Part shown: positions 62,854-64,000 of the stretch, piece after piece
Layout of the letters: every line of letters begins with the position of its first letter
How positions within the stretch are numbered: position 1 is the stretch's first letter
Assembly: GCF_026210795.1 (NCBI RefSeq)
Contig: NC_089435.1
Coordinates: 4,774,001 to 4,838,000, forward strand
Direction: 5' to 3'
Source: Rhizophagus irregularis
Taxonomy: Eukaryota
DNA: 64,000 bases
Program-made: the position numbers and the translations under genes
The notes under the pieces: generated by a model
Databases searched by the model: none
Told to the model about the DNA's origin: nothing
Seen by the model: only the letters and a program-made list of their open reading frames with translations

Positions 62854-64000
62854 ATAAACTGATCAATAAAACATTAATGATTTTTAAATATGATGGCAAA
62901 TGGTAAATCCGTAATATGAATTAAAATCTCGTTTTTTTTTATTTTTTTATAATATACTTAAGCAATTGAAAAACTTTGATACAAGAAATTTAATCTATGT
63001 AAAATTTGTAGTCAAATTAAAAGAAAGAAACAAATCAAAATTAATATAATGTAATATAATTTGGAGTAGTATTACATAACTTTCTCCTTGGGTGGATCGA
63101 AATTGTATAATGACGAAATATATATTCAGTTCTTTTGAGGTTGAGCTTTATATAATTTGATACAATAAAAAATATTATATCTCTTTTGCACAGAAGATTA
63201 AAACCAATATAACATTATTTATATTTAACAGAAATTTGAATAGAAATCTAACTGTTGTAGCGGCAAAGATTAGTCCAATAGCTTGCCTATATATATGTTA
63301 CTGCAATCTCATTTATGTCACTCATAATTTATACTTTACGCTTCAGAAATAAAATAATTTCTTTTCACACAAAGTGAACTCATCTACAGAGGAAAATGAT
63401 GAAAAGCTAGTAGAGTATATTAGTATATTTAAAGTCACATTATCTTTATGAATATTAATTATTAAAGTATAATGTTCGGAAATTTTAATATGAAATTATT
63501 ATTATAAATATTAAAAATATCCACGAGAAATTTTGAAATAATTGTCCATTTCATTATATTGGACTATAGCTCAGAAGATTACAATACAATATTCCACAAG
63601 CTTACTCTAATGGGCCGTTGGAACTTTTTATTTTATAGAATGTATTGTAATTAACAAAATTTTTTTGTAATAAAATTAAATAACGCCTTAAGAAAATTTT
63701 CTCATAGATCATTAAGAAACGGTTTATCAGCAGCAATTATATCATTTTTGGCCATATATTATAAAAATATATGCTGTATAGCTATAAATAATTTTAGAAT
63801 TATTTTTAAAATGTTAAGAAAATTTCTAACCCTAAACCGGAGAAGGATACATCCACATGCATGGATGGTAACAAATGGCGTTAAAATGAAATACGTAACC
63901 TTTTTTAGTTTGATATATTTTCTTCTGTTCATACTTCATATCCATCCCAATATCTCAGTGTCATAAAATTCTGCAGATTCAAGTATAACTAACTTTATTC

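Overview
AT-rich, intron-dense eukaryotic DNA that looks like an arbuscular mycorrhizal fungus (Glomeromycotina, Rhizophagus-like). The taxon is inferred from composition, ~70-100 nt introns and the AGL-type genes. The first 20.5 kb is a compact block of housekeeping genes: a group III G-protein alpha subunit head-to-head with TOR kinase, cactin head-to-head with uricase, an F-box gene, and a type II membrane glycosyltransferase (GT34 domain preceded by a degenerate GT31-like domain). 21-32 kb is filled with non-autonomous DNA transposons. 33-44 kb holds a tandem cluster of four intact GPI-anchored arabinogalactan-protein-like (AGL) genes with APKDG/APADGK repeats, plus one AGL pseudogene. 44-64 kb is gene-poor, with MITEs and decayed coding remnants. 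The most unusual signal is in two unrelated non-autonomous transposons, a TA-flanked CAGT..ACTG element (25461-27055) and an 8-bp-TSD hAT-like element (50162-52195). Both carry a related ~120-bp tandem array that on the minus strand reads as repeated micro-exon plus spliceosomal intron, each intron with a 9-bp hairpin over the branch-point motif. Gene models were spliced by eye and no database searches were run.
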